A DNA stretch of 45,369 bases from a virus. The stretch is from the IMG/VR virus record IMGVR_UViG_3300033512_000238, positions 1 through 45,369 of that record. One strand, given 5' to 3'. A model generated the notes under the pieces. That model saw nothing but the letters and a program-made list of their open reading frames with translations. It was not told where the DNA came from and searched no databases. The position numbers and the translations under genes are program-made. Shown one piece after another: positions 14,897-23,198 of this stretch (position 1 is the stretch's first letter; each line of letters begins with the position of its first letter).

Positions 14897-15587
14897 ATTA
14901 TGGCATTGTGATTTGGAAACCGGCGGACTCAACCCGCGGACCTCCGCAATAGTGCAGGTCGCTTGTATCATGGAAATAGACGGCGAAAAAGTCGGCCGGT
15001 TCTCCTCTTTGGTTCGGCCATTCCCGGGGCTCGAATGTACGGACGAGGCTCTCGCTATTTCGGGAATACAACGCGCGGACCTCGAAGGGGCTCCGGACGA
15101 GAAACGAGTATTTTCGGAAATGTTCGCTTGGCTTTCGGCTTATGTTTCGAAGTTCGACAAAGCCGACAAAGCAATTTTTACAGGGTACAACTCGCAGTTC
15201 GACGACGGATTCGTCCGGGCCGCTTGCGACCGTCACGGGGAGAAATACCTCGGGTCTTGGAAATGGCCCGACGTTTACGACGTCCGGGGAGCCGCGGCGC
15301 TCTATTGTCTCCCGTATCGCCATTGGCTCCCGGACTTTCAACTCGGGACCGTTTCGGAGTTCCTCCTCCGGGATTACGACAGCCCGGAAATGATCGCAAC
15401 GACGGTAGCGCGGGCGCTTGGTATTCCCGGAACAGGTCTGCACGACGCGCGGGTCGATATTGAGCTCTCGAGGCTTTTATTTCATAAGGTCCGACAGCCG
15501 TTTCAATTCCGAATATCTCGGGAGGAGCTCGAGAGACGCCTCGAGCACGTTCGCGAGTTCAAAGAGGCGAAAGGGGGCCAAAAATGA
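14886..15587 (+). CDS. DEDDh 3'-5' exonuclease (DnaQ/epsilon-like)
   Basis: WHCDLETGGL (Exo I D-x-E), YNSQFDDGF (Exo II) and GLHDARVDIELS (Exo III H-x4-D). ATG 14886 is chosen within ORF 14730..15587. Confidence 0.75.
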   Translation: MVGKLWHCDLETGGLNPRTSAIVQVACIMEIDGEKVGRFSSLVRPFPGLECTDEALAISGIQRADLEGAPDEKRVFSEMFAWLSAYVSKFDKADKAIFTGYNSQFDDGFVRAACDRHGEKYLGSWKWPDVYDVRGAAALYCLPYRHWLPDFQLGTVSEFLLRDYDSPEMIATTVARALGIPGTGLHDARVDIELSRLLFHKVRQPFQFRISREELERRLEHVREFKEAKGGQK

Positions 15588-15940
15588 GCGGCCTCCCGTG
15601 GACAAAGGAGCTAAAACAGATCGCCGCGGAGATCGAGACCAAACGAGACCCCGAAACGGCGGCGGACATTGTTCGAGACCTCGCGAGACAGGTCCGGGAG
15701 TTATCGGCGGGGACCGGCCGGGAGTTATCGGCCGCGCGGGAAATGCTCGACGAGCTCCGGGCGCTCTTTGGTCAGTACAAGTTCGAAACGGCGGGGAAAA
15801 TCGAAGAGCTCGAGGGGAATCTCGAAGAACAGCGGACGTATATCTCCGCGCTCGATGACTCTCTCCTCCGGCCGGACGGGGAGGCCGCGAGGTTTTGGGC
15901 TCAAAGCATACGAGAAGAAAGGGCGGCGGAGAATGGGTAA
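15584..15940 (+). CDS. hypothetical coiled-coil protein (118 aa)
   Basis: ATG 15584 overlaps the upstream TGA (ATGA). Charged and helical. Confidence 0.5.
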   Translation: MSGLPWTKELKQIAAEIETKRDPETAADIVRDLARQVRELSAGTGRELSAAREMLDELRALFGQYKFETAGKIEELEGNLEEQRTYISALDDSLLRPDGEAARFWAQSIREERAAENG

Positions 15941-16289
15941 TTTTTTAGACGTTGACGCGATCAAAAGCCGACAGAGACCGGCGGCATATTTCCCACTAAA
16001 GCGGAAGTGGTTCGAAGAGATCAAAGCCGGGACAAAAACAGAGGAGTACAGGGAAAAAACACAGCGAAGAGCGGCTCAGCTCGCGAAGCTCGTCCCGGGG
16101 GACGTGATCGAGTTTTCTCTCGGCTATCCCAAAAAGGACGACAAAGAGCGGAGAATACAAAAGCGTTTTCTATCGGTCGAGAGTCGAACCATTGAGCACG
16201 AGGAGTTCGGCGGGGAGAGTCTCGAGGTTTTCGCGATACTATTCGAGAACATACCGGAAACGGCGGGCCGCGCGGAGTTTTCTATATAG
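15933..16289 (+). CDS. ASCH-like domain protein (118 aa)
   Basis: FPLKRKWFEEIKAGTKTEEYRE ... GDVIEFSLGY resembles the ASCH beta-barrel pattern (from memory). ATG 15933 lies within ORF 15669..16289. Confidence 0.45.
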   Translation: MGNFLDVDAIKSRQRPAAYFPLKRKWFEEIKAGTKTEEYREKTQRRAAQLAKLVPGDVIEFSLGYPKKDDKERRIQKRFLSVESRTIEHEEFGGESLEVFAILFENIPETAGRAEFSI

Positions 16290-16348
16290 CGGGGGGCAAA
16301 AGGAAAGGAACCTAACAACGAGACAGCCCCGACAGCAACTAAAACGAG

Positions 16349-16384
16349 GCCCGGAGATAGTTCGACACTGCTCCGGGCTTTTTG
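16349..16384 (+). terminator. intrinsic terminator ending the early block
   Basis: GCCCGGAG 16349-16356 pairs with CTCCGGGC 16371-16378, then TTTTT. Confidence 0.7.
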
Positions 16385-16483
16385 CGTCTCAAAACAACTC
16401 GTTTGAGCGGTCGGCCCTCCGGCCTCGCGTATAGTATTAAACAAATTAAAAAACAAATACAATACAATAGCAGTAACACTACA

Positions 16484-16580
16484 CGTTCATGCTTTGCAAA
16501 GGTTCGCGATTGCTTTCGCTTTGCTCTCTTTTCGTTTTGCAATTGATAAGCAAATGCAAAGCAATTGCAAAGCAAAAGAA
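16484..16580. repeat. dyad array of TTTGC / GCAAA(G) pentamers
   Basis: The left half has TTTGC-type units (gctttgcaaag, ttgctttcgctttgctc, ttttgcaattg). The right half has GCAAA units (aagcaaatgcaaagcaattgcaaagcaaaag). The array lies 30-125 nt upstream of the late promoter -35. Confidence 0.6.
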
Positions 16581-16609
16581 GTTCAAAGATACCGCTCCGC
16601 TTTTTTTAT

Positions 16610-16639
16610 TTGACAAAAAAACGAAAATAGTCGTATATT
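16610..16639 (+). promoter_or_regulatory. late-operon promoter (TTGACA-18-TATATT), without the 24-nt box
   Basis: TTGACA 16610-16615 and TATATT 16634-16639, with a T-run immediately upstream (UP-like). Confidence 0.65.
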
Positions 16640-16680
16640 TTAACTCGAAAGCTATCCCGGTTCAAATAGTAGGAAACGGA

Positions 16681-16748
16681 AGAGGCGGACAAATGCGGAA
16701 AAATTCGACCTCCTCGTCGGGTCCCCGCTTTTGGCCGCCTCTTTTTTT
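16681..16748 (+). terminator. long hairpin + T7 run between the late promoter and the first structural gene (attenuator / antitermination target)
   Basis: AGAGGCGG 16681-16688 pairs with CCGCCTCT 16735-16742. Nested GCGG/CCGC and GACC/GGTC helices lie inside, followed by TTTTTTT (16742-16748). The RBS AGGAG and GTG 16763 follow. Confidence 0.6.
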
Positions 16749-16762
16749 ATGTAGGAGAAAAC

Positions 16763-17872
16763 GTGAAACGATACGACAGCGCGGAAATTATCGGAAAAGT
16801 AGAACTAACGCCGGAGGGGTATATCCGGGCGAAAGCCGTCGTCACTCGCGCCGGTACATTCCGATATAAAAACAAAGACGGGTCCGTCCGCGTGGAGCTC
16901 CGGAGAACCGACGAGGTATTCCGCGACGAGACCCTCGAATCTCTAAAAATGATACCAATCACAATTGGACACCCCGAAGAGTTCGTAAACGCTAAAAACG
17001 CGAAAGCGCTCGCAAAGGGATTTACCGGGGAAACCGTCGAACAACGCGGGGACGAGTGCCTCGTCTCAATATTGGTAACTCACGACGACGCTATCCGGGC
17101 TATTCAAAACGGCCGCCGGGAGCTCTCTCTCGGTTACGACGTCGCAATCGACCCGACTCCGGGGACATATAAGGGCGAACGATACGACAGCGAACAAACG
17201 GAAATTGTATATAATCACCTCGCAATAGTTGACCGGGCCCGGGCGGGCTCTCGGGCTTGTCTACGTTTCGACGCGGACGACGCCTATCGGGTCGACGAAA
17301 GCGAACAACTCGAAAGAGGAAAAACGATGAAAATCGAAATTAACGGCGTTTTTGTCGAAGTTGACGACGCGGTCGGGTCGGCGTATCTCGCGCAAGCGAA
17401 ACGCGCGGACGATGCGGAAACGAAAGCCGACGCGGCGAACACCGAAAAGGAAAAAGCCGAAGCGGCGGCGGACGATGCAAAAGCAAAAGCGGAAGCGGCG
17501 GAAAAACGCGCCGACTCTATGGACGCGGTAGACGCTATCGTCGAAAAACGTGTGCGCCTCCGGACCATTGCGGCTAAAGTAATGGACGCGGACGACCTCG
17601 CAAAACTTAACGTGAAGGACGAACGCGCTCAAATGATCGCGATTATCGCAAAACGTAACGACGGATTTACCGGCGAAGGCAAAAGCGACGAATATCTCGC
17701 GGCTCGTATCGATCTTATCGACGAGGAGAAACCGGCAAAACAGGAACCGGCAAAACAGGCCGGACAATTCCGCAAAGACGGCGACGACGAACAACGACAC
17801 GACGCGGCCGACATGGCGGCGGCGTACAATCGACAGTTTACACAGTACAACCACAAAACAGAACAGAAGTAA
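16763..17872 (+). CDS. capsid scaffolding / prohead-protease-like protein (DUF2213-like)
   Basis: AGGAG lies 7 nt before GTG 16763. The N-terminal region resembles DUF2213 (from memory). The C-terminal half is an Ala/Lys/Glu/Asp coiled coil typical of scaffolds. Precedes the major capsid gene. Confidence 0.6.
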   Translation: MKRYDSAEIIGKVELTPEGYIRAKAVVTRAGTFRYKNKDGSVRVELRRTDEVFRDETLESLKMIPITIGHPEEFVNAKNAKALAKGFTGETVEQRGDECLVSILVTHDDAIRAIQNGRRELSLGYDVAIDPTPGTYKGERYDSEQTEIVYNHLAIVDRARAGSRACLRFDADDAYRVDESEQLERGKTMKIEINGVFVEVDDAVGSAYLAQAKRADDAETKADAANTEKEKAEAAADDAKAKAEAAEKRADSMDAVDAIVEKRVRLRTIAAKVMDADDLAKLNVKDERAQMIAIIAKRNDGFTGEGKSDEYLAARIDLIDEEKPAKQEPAKQAGQFRKDGDDEQRHDAADMAAAYNRQFTQYNHKTEQK

Positions 17873-17883
17873 GGCGGGGAAAA

Positions 17884-18333
17884 ATGAATCTATTCACGAA
17901 TACTTACGCGGCGGAAATGGCCCCCTATTCTCCGGGCCAAAAATTCGACATTGGATTCGATCATGTAGAGACCGGAATCGCGGCGGAAGCGCTCAACTTT
18001 GGTGAAGCGGCCGTAAAAAACAGCGGCGACAACCGAATCAAAAAACCGGCGGCAAGCGGCGATAAATTCCGCGGAATCGTTCTCAAGTCTCACACGGTCG
18101 AAACCGGGAAAGGGTACGCAATAAACGACCCCGTACCCGTATTGAGACAGGGCCGCGCGTCGGTTACTACATCGGGCGCAGTGGCAGTCGACGCGGTAGC
18201 ATACGCGGACGTATCGGCGCCGGGGAACTTCACAGCGACAGCGACCGGAAATATCGCAACGGGCGGTGTTTTCCGTTCGGACGTTACCGCAGTTGGCGGC
18301 GGCGTTGCAATTCTTGAAATTAACCTTCCGTAA
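17884..18333 (+). CDS. small head protein (DUF2190-like, decoration/cement candidate)
   Basis: A 149-aa Gly/Ala/Val-rich beta-type sequence between the scaffold and the major capsid gene. Confidence 0.45.
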   Translation: MNLFTNTYAAEMAPYSPGQKFDIGFDHVETGIAAEALNFGEAAVKNSGDNRIKKPAASGDKFRGIVLKSHTVETGKGYAINDPVPVLRQGRASVTTSGAVAVDAVAYADVSAPGNFTATATGNIATGGVFRSDVTAVGGGVAILEINLP

Positions 18334-18351
18334 CAAAGAAAGCGGGCCAAA

Positions 18352-19317
18352 ATGAAACCGGATAAAATCCAAACACAGCACCTCGACGCGAACGAAACCG
18401 CGCATTTTGAGGAACAGCTCAAGTACGTAAAAACCGAAACATACGACCGACTCTATCCGGAGTACGGCCTTTTTGCGGGCGGTTATTTCCCTATTTCTTA
18501 CGACGTACCGGACACCGCGACGAGTATCGAGGTTCGCTCTTTTGACCGGACCGGAATCGCATCGATTATTTCGGACTTTTCCGACGACTTACCACGCGCC
18601 GACATCATGGGAAAATCAGACACAGTTCCGGTTCGTCCTCTCGGGTCGTCTTATGGTTACAGCGTCGACGAGGCTCGAATCTCCGCGAAGATTGGCTCGA
18701 AGCTCGACGCGAGAAAAGCCGAAGCGGCGAAACAGTCAATTTTTGCGCGTATGAATGACATTATGTTCAAGGCTCGACCGGACACCCACGCGAAAATGAC
18801 GGGTATTTTGTACACCTCGGGAATACCGGTAACAGTTCTGCCGAACAACGCGGCCGGAACCTCGAAAAAGTGGGCCGACAAAACAGCCGACGAAATGCTC
18901 GCGGACCTTAAAACCATGAGTCAAGCGTCTTGGAAACTTACGAACGGTATCGAGAGACCGGACACGGTTCTCCTCCCTCTCGAGGCTTACGGAGAATGTT
19001 CGACCCGTCCTCGTTCAACTCAGAGCGACACGACCGTCCTCGAGTTTTTCCTTAAAACCTCGCCGTATATTACGCGCGTTGGTACTATCCCGGAACTCGA
19101 CAGCGTGACCCCTCGTCCGTCGGGCGTCGCGGGCTCGAGTTCGGTCGCTCTTGTTTACAAGAACGACAAAAATAAATTTGCTTTTGAAATTACAAAGCAG
19201 TTTGAACAGTTCCCGGCTCAAGAGCGGGGCCTCGAGTACGTTATCCCATGTTTGGCGAAAACCGCGGGCCCGGTGGTATACTACCCGCTTTCGATCACAA
19301 TTTGGGAAGGTCTCTAA
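18352..19317 (+). CDS. major capsid protein (DUF2184 / encapsulin-like type)
   Basis: A 321-aa ORF with the expected position and length. The N-terminal HFEEQLKYVKTETYDRLYPE ... DDLPRADI pattern recalls DUF2184 capsid proteins. Confidence 0.75.
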   Translation: MKPDKIQTQHLDANETAHFEEQLKYVKTETYDRLYPEYGLFAGGYFPISYDVPDTATSIEVRSFDRTGIASIISDFSDDLPRADIMGKSDTVPVRPLGSSYGYSVDEARISAKIGSKLDARKAEAAKQSIFARMNDIMFKARPDTHAKMTGILYTSGIPVTVLPNNAAGTSKKWADKTADEMLADLKTMSQASWKLTNGIERPDTVLLPLEAYGECSTRPRSTQSDTTVLEFFLKTSPYITRVGTIPELDSVTPRPSGVAGSSSVALVYKNDKNKFAFEITKQFEQFPAQERGLEYVIPCLAKTAGPVVYYPLSITIWEGL

Positions 19318-19345
19318 GAACCTCCGGGGCTAAAACCCCAAAAAG

Positions 19346-19369
19346 CGGGCCTCCAAAAGGGGCCCGTTT
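19346..19369 (+). terminator. stem-loop after the capsid gene (weak terminator or mRNA stabiliser)
   Basis: CGGGCCTC 19346-19353 pairs with GGGGCCCG 19359-19366 (one G-U pair), followed by only TTT. Confidence 0.35.
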
Positions 19370-19404
19370 CCCCTAAATTCTTACTATAGACAAGAGGTTG
19401 TAAA

Positions 19405-19851
19405 ATGGTTATTATCAACAACAAAACCGCGTCCGCTACTTTCGTTTGCGGTTTTTCAATTATTCCCGGCGTTCACTCTTATGAAATGACAGCGGAACAG
19501 CTCGAAGAGGCTCGAGCGAATGAGCTATTCGAAGAGCGCGAGAAGCGCGGGAAATTCGTCGTCGACTTAATGGAGGACGGCGTCCCGGCTCCGGACCAAA
19601 TCAAAGAACTAAAAGACGACGCGAGCGCGAAAGAGCTCGGGGACCTTATCGCAAAAGTAGAAAAGGCCCGCGACGCGGCGTCAAAAGCGGCCGAAAAAGC
19701 CGGAGCGGAACAGGACCCGGAGAAAAAAACGAAAGCCGAAGAGACAGCGGCAAAAGCGGCGGCGGCGTTGGATAAACTCGAGGAAGCTCTCGAAGTTAGA
19801 AAAGCCGAAGTAGCGAAAAAACGCGCTGAACTCGAAGCGGGCAACAATTGA
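19405..19851 (+). CDS. hypothetical head-associated coiled-coil protein (148 aa)
   Basis: ORF track. The C-terminal two thirds are Ala/Lys/Glu-rich and helical. Confidence 0.55.
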   Translation: MVIINNKTASATFVCGFSIIPGVHSYEMTAEQLEEARANELFEEREKRGKFVVDLMEDGVPAPDQIKELKDDASAKELGDLIAKVEKARDAASKAAEKAGAEQDPEKKTKAEETAAKAAAALDKLEEALEVRKAEVAKKRAELEAGNN

Positions 19852-20240
19852 CCCCGGAGCAGTTTATCGGAATACGGGAGCCGGGCGTCGTTATCGACGC
19901 GCGGGTCCTTTCTATGGTAGAGCTCACGACGTTTTATTTAGGGGAGGACGCTCTCGGGCGTGCGTACCCTATTTGCCGGGGCCTCCTCGTTCTTCATTGG
20001 TTAGCAGTGGAAACGGCGGCGGGTAATGGCACGACGGGGAGCTCTCTCGGGGCGGCGGCCGGGCCTCTCTCGAGCGAACAAGAGGGGGACCTCTCGAAAG
20101 CATACGCGACAGGGGACACAAAAGTCTCCGGGCTCTCGGGGCTCGAGAACCTAAACTCGACAGCATACGGGAAAGAACTCGCGGCAATGATACGCGCGAA
20201 CGTCTCGACGGCGTTTCTCGCGACGGACCCGGACGAATGA
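19848..20240 (+). CDS. head-tail connector / adaptor (DUF4054-like)
   Basis: TTG 19848 overlaps TGA 19849-19851 (TTGA). Position and size fit. LLVLHWLAV recalls the adaptor AH-motif region. Confidence 0.45.
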   Translation: MTPEQFIGIREPGVVIDARVLSMVELTTFYLGEDALGRAYPICRGLLVLHWLAVETAAGNGTTGSSLGAAAGPLSSEQEGDLSKAYATGDTKVSGLSGLENLNSTAYGKELAAMIRANVSTAFLATDPDE

Positions 20241-20710
20241 ACCACGCGGAGTTTTTGCACCCTCGCAAATATGCGGAAGCTATGGCAAAACTCCGGGCCT
20301 CTCTCGACGTTCTCGACGCCGCGGAGATCGCGGTCGGATTTCCGAAAGGAAAGGACCCGAAACCGCCGACGGAACCGGACGGGCCAAAAACAATGGCCAA
20401 TATTGCAACTATCGCCGCCATAAACGACGCGGAGCGGCCTTTCCTATCGGCGGGGCTCAAAGCGGCGGAGAATACTATCCGGGCGGCACAATACAAAGCG
20501 GTCGAAATGGTTTTCGATGGTTCGAACCCTATCGACGCGGCGGGAATGGTCGGGGAGGTAGCGGCGGCAAAAGTACGGTCCTATATTACAAGCGGACAAC
20601 ACAAACCGAACCTCCCGGCAACGATCAAGCGAAAAAAGTCGTCTAAGCCGTTGATAGACACCGGACAAATGAAAGCCTCGGTTACATTCTCGATACGTCG
20701 GAAAGGCTAA
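20237..20710 (+). CDS. head-tail joining protein (HK97 gp10-like)
   Basis: ATGA overlap with the upstream ORF. IAAINDAERPFLSAGLKA and PLIDTGQM resemble the gp10-family pattern. Confidence 0.45.
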   Translation: MNHAEFLHPRKYAEAMAKLRASLDVLDAAEIAVGFPKGKDPKPPTEPDGPKTMANIATIAAINDAERPFLSAGLKAAENTIRAAQYKAVEMVFDGSNPIDAAGMVGEVAAAKVRSYITSGQHKPNLPATIKRKKSSKPLIDTGQMKASVTFSIRRKG

Positions 20711-20713
20711 AAA

Positions 20714-21058
20714 ATGGGATTTCGAAAAGCGGCGGAGCTAATAAGAAAAAGCGGCGGCAGTTACATTGGGGGCCGGTGGGTCGACGGGGCGGAAACGCGA
20801 ACGCCGATAACGGTCTCAGTACAACACCGCGAGGCGGGCGGCTCTCAAGACAGGCGCGACCCTCTCCCGGAGGACGAACGGGCGGAAAGCTCGGTCACTC
20901 TCTACACGTCGACGGAACTCCGGCCCGGAGGACGTCCCGGAGTCGAGGCGGACCTCGTCGCGGTCTCCGGTAAGGTTTACGAAATCAAAACGGTTGAACC
21001 TTGGCAAAACGGCCTAATAAGTCACTACAAAGCAACGGCGGCGGAGGTTATAGCGTGA
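20714..21058 (+). CDS. head-closure / neck protein (114 aa)
   Basis: Position in the neck module. VTLYTS ... DLVAVSGKVYEIKTVEPW ... HYKATA resembles the SPP1 gp16 / HK97 gp9-type pattern. Confidence 0.45.
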   Translation: MGFRKAAELIRKSGGSYIGGRWVDGAETRTPITVSVQHREAGGSQDRRDPLPEDERAESSVTLYTSTELRPGGRPGVEADLVAVSGKVYEIKTVEPWQNGLISHYKATAAEVIA

Positions 21059-21588
21059 CCGATATTATCACAGCAGTACAGGACCCGTGCCGGGCTTTCG
21101 TTATCTCCGCTCTCGAGGGGTATATCCCGGAGGCGGTTATCGTTTGGGGGAATCAAGACAGCCCGACACCGGCGGAGCCGTGCGTCGTTCTCTTTTTTAC
21201 CCCGACAGGAACACCGGCCCGCGACGCCGTCGAACAGATCGACGCGGACCGGGCGCAATTGACAGGGATTCGCGAGGCGTCAATCGACCTGCGAATTTTT
21301 GCCGGTCCGGGCTCAATGGCTCTCGGGTATAGGCTCGAGGCGTCGACAAACATCGAACAAAAAACAGAGGTAGCGGCGGCCGCGGGCGTCGTTATTTATC
21401 GAAATGATATTCCGAAGGACGTCTCTTATGTTCGGGACGGGAAACAACGGAGCGCGGCGTCGTTCGCGTTTGGTATTCGTTGGAATGAGTCGGAAGTATT
21501 CGCGCGGGATAGTATCGAACAAGTAACGGTCACGGGAACAATAAAAAGCGACAGCGGCCGGGAGTATTCGGTCGAGGTCAAAAACTAA
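21055..21588 (+). CDS. neck / tail-completion protein (177 aa)
   Basis: GTG 21055 overlaps TGA 21056-21058 (GTGA). Precedes the sheath gene. Confidence 0.45.
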   Translation: MTDIITAVQDPCRAFVISALEGYIPEAVIVWGNQDSPTPAEPCVVLFFTPTGTPARDAVEQIDADRAQLTGIREASIDLRIFAGPGSMALGYRLEASTNIEQKTEVAAAAGVVIYRNDIPKDVSYVRDGKQRSAASFAFGIRWNESEVFARDSIEQVTVTGTIKSDSGREYSVEVKN

Positions 21589-21607
21589 TTAAACGGAGGG
21601 GGAGCGA

Positions 21608-22711
21608 ATGGGCTCTATCAATGGAATAGTAAACGTGCAAATCACGGCGGGAACAGCGGGAGTGACCGCGAAGTCGTTCGGGGTCGGCCTTATTATCGGC
21701 GGCTCGAAAAATTTCGCGAGTACAACGGAGAACCGTTTCCGCGTTCGCGAATATACGAACATTGCGGCGGTAAAAACAGATTATGCGGACACGACAGCGG
21801 AATACAAAGAGGCGGCGGCCTATTTCGGGCAAAATCCGCGTCCGTCTCGCGTTTTGATCGGCCAAAAGTACACGGACGACACCGGAATCGGCGAAGCTCT
21901 CGACGAGATCACCGGACAAAATACGGCTTGGTATCTTTTGCTCTTATGTTCTCGAGTGGTATCGGAACAGGTCGAGGCGTCTCAGTGGGTACAAGCGGAC
22001 GACTCTCGAATTTTTATAGCGTCGAGCGCGGACCCGGAGCTCCTCGAGATTAAAGCAGACGACACCGCGAGTATTTGGGCGCTCGCAAAAGCGAACGACC
22101 GCACGTTCTGTATTTATCACAGCGCCGCGGCGTCAGTATACGCGGACGGCGGAGTCGCGGGGGTTATCTCGACTTATCAGCCGGGGTCGTGGACCTTACA
22201 TCTTAAAAAAATGAGAGGGATTGACGTCGACAGCTTGACCGATAATCAGCGCGGTATTTTACACGATAAGGGCGTCAACACATATACCGAAATTGGCGGG
22301 GCGTCTTGTATTGAGGGCTCGAAAACTCTCATTGCAACCGGGAGCCGCGAAACCGGCGGGGAATGGCTCGACATTATCGTTTTTGCCGATTGGCTCCGCG
22401 CTCGAATCGCCGAGGGCGTTTTTGGCGTTATGCTCAACGCGAAGAAAATCCCGTACACAATGCAGGGCGCCGCAATGATCGAAAGCCCGACACGTTCGGT
22501 TCTCGAGATCGGGCAAAGCGTCGGTGGAATCTCTCCGGCCTCAGTTGACGAGGACGACGTCCAAAACGGAGGCTTTTCGGTTACCGTCGTTGACCCGGCA
22601 ACTATGCCGACGGCCGACAAACAGGCCCGAAAATACGACGGCGTTTCTTTTGTCGCGTTCCTCGCGGGCGCGATGCACTACACCCAAATAAACGGAACAA
22701 TAACATATTAA
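21608..22711 (+). CDS. tail sheath protein (DUF3383-like)
   Basis: A 367-aa ORF directly before the tube gene. The overall pattern recalls DUF3383 sheath proteins. GGAGGGGGAG RBS. Confidence 0.7.
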   Translation: MGSINGIVNVQITAGTAGVTAKSFGVGLIIGGSKNFASTTENRFRVREYTNIAAVKTDYADTTAEYKEAAAYFGQNPRPSRVLIGQKYTDDTGIGEALDEITGQNTAWYLLLLCSRVVSEQVEASQWVQADDSRIFIASSADPELLEIKADDTASIWALAKANDRTFCIYHSAAASVYADGGVAGVISTYQPGSWTLHLKKMRGIDVDSLTDNQRGILHDKGVNTYTEIGGASCIEGSKTLIATGSRETGGEWLDIIVFADWLRARIAEGVFGVMLNAKKIPYTMQGAAMIESPTRSVLEIGQSVGGISPASVDEDDVQNGGFSVTVVDPATMPTADKQARKYDGVSFVAFLAGAMHYTQINGTITY

Positions 22712-22723
22712 AAAGGGGGACTT

Positions 22724-23161
22724 ATGAGTCTCGGAAATTATAGTCCTAATCTCGTTACCTTAATTGTCGCGGGCGTATTGGTTCAAGGGTACGCGGACGA
22801 CAATTTTATCGAAGTATCTCAAGAGGAGGACGACTTCACGCTATACAAAAGCGTCGACGGATTCGTCTCTCGAGCAATGAACGCGGACGAAACGGTCATT
22901 TTAAAAGTATCTCTCGCTCAGACGAGTTTATCGAATGACCATTTCGCGGGCCTCCGGAAGATCGACAAAGCAACCGGGGTCGGAGCGTTCCCGGTAATGC
23001 TTAAGGAATTAAACGGGACGACAATTTACTCGAGCGCGACGGCTATGTTTAAGAAAAACGCCGGGAAAAAGTTCGGGAAAAACGTCGGGGCCGTTGATTG
23101 GGAGATTATTCTCCCGAACGCTCTCGGATTTACGGGCGGAAATTTACCGCTCGGGCTTTAA
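22724..23161 (+). CDS. tail tube protein (DUF3277-like)
   Basis: YSPNLVTLIVAGVLVQGYADDNFIEV ... LAQTSLSNDHFAGL recalls DUF3277. Lies between the sheath and the chaperone genes. Confidence 0.7.
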   Translation: MSLGNYSPNLVTLIVAGVLVQGYADDNFIEVSQEEDDFTLYKSVDGFVSRAMNADETVILKVSLAQTSLSNDHFAGLRKIDKATGVGAFPVMLKELNGTTIYSSATAMFKKNAGKKFGKNVGAVDWEIILPNALGFTGGNLPLGL

Positions 23162-23198
23162 TTGATACAACAACGGTAAACGGGAAAGAGGTCAAACC

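Noticed and set aside
16484-16580. GCAAA/TTTGC arrays (also 37153..37210) as a CRISPR array or a tandem satellite.
   Set aside because: The units are only 5-6 nt long, with irregular 5-16 nt spacing and no repeat-spacer architecture. They are better described as iteron-like or A-tract elements.
16693-16869. ORF starting at ATG 16693 (MRKNSTSSSGPRFWPP...), preceded by a GGCGGACAA sequence that resembles the conserved SD unit.
   Set aside because: It lies inside the terminator hairpin and runs out of frame into the scaffold gene. Its composition is Arg/Ser-rich and non-protein-like. The SD-like string is more plausibly part of the hairpin's left arm.
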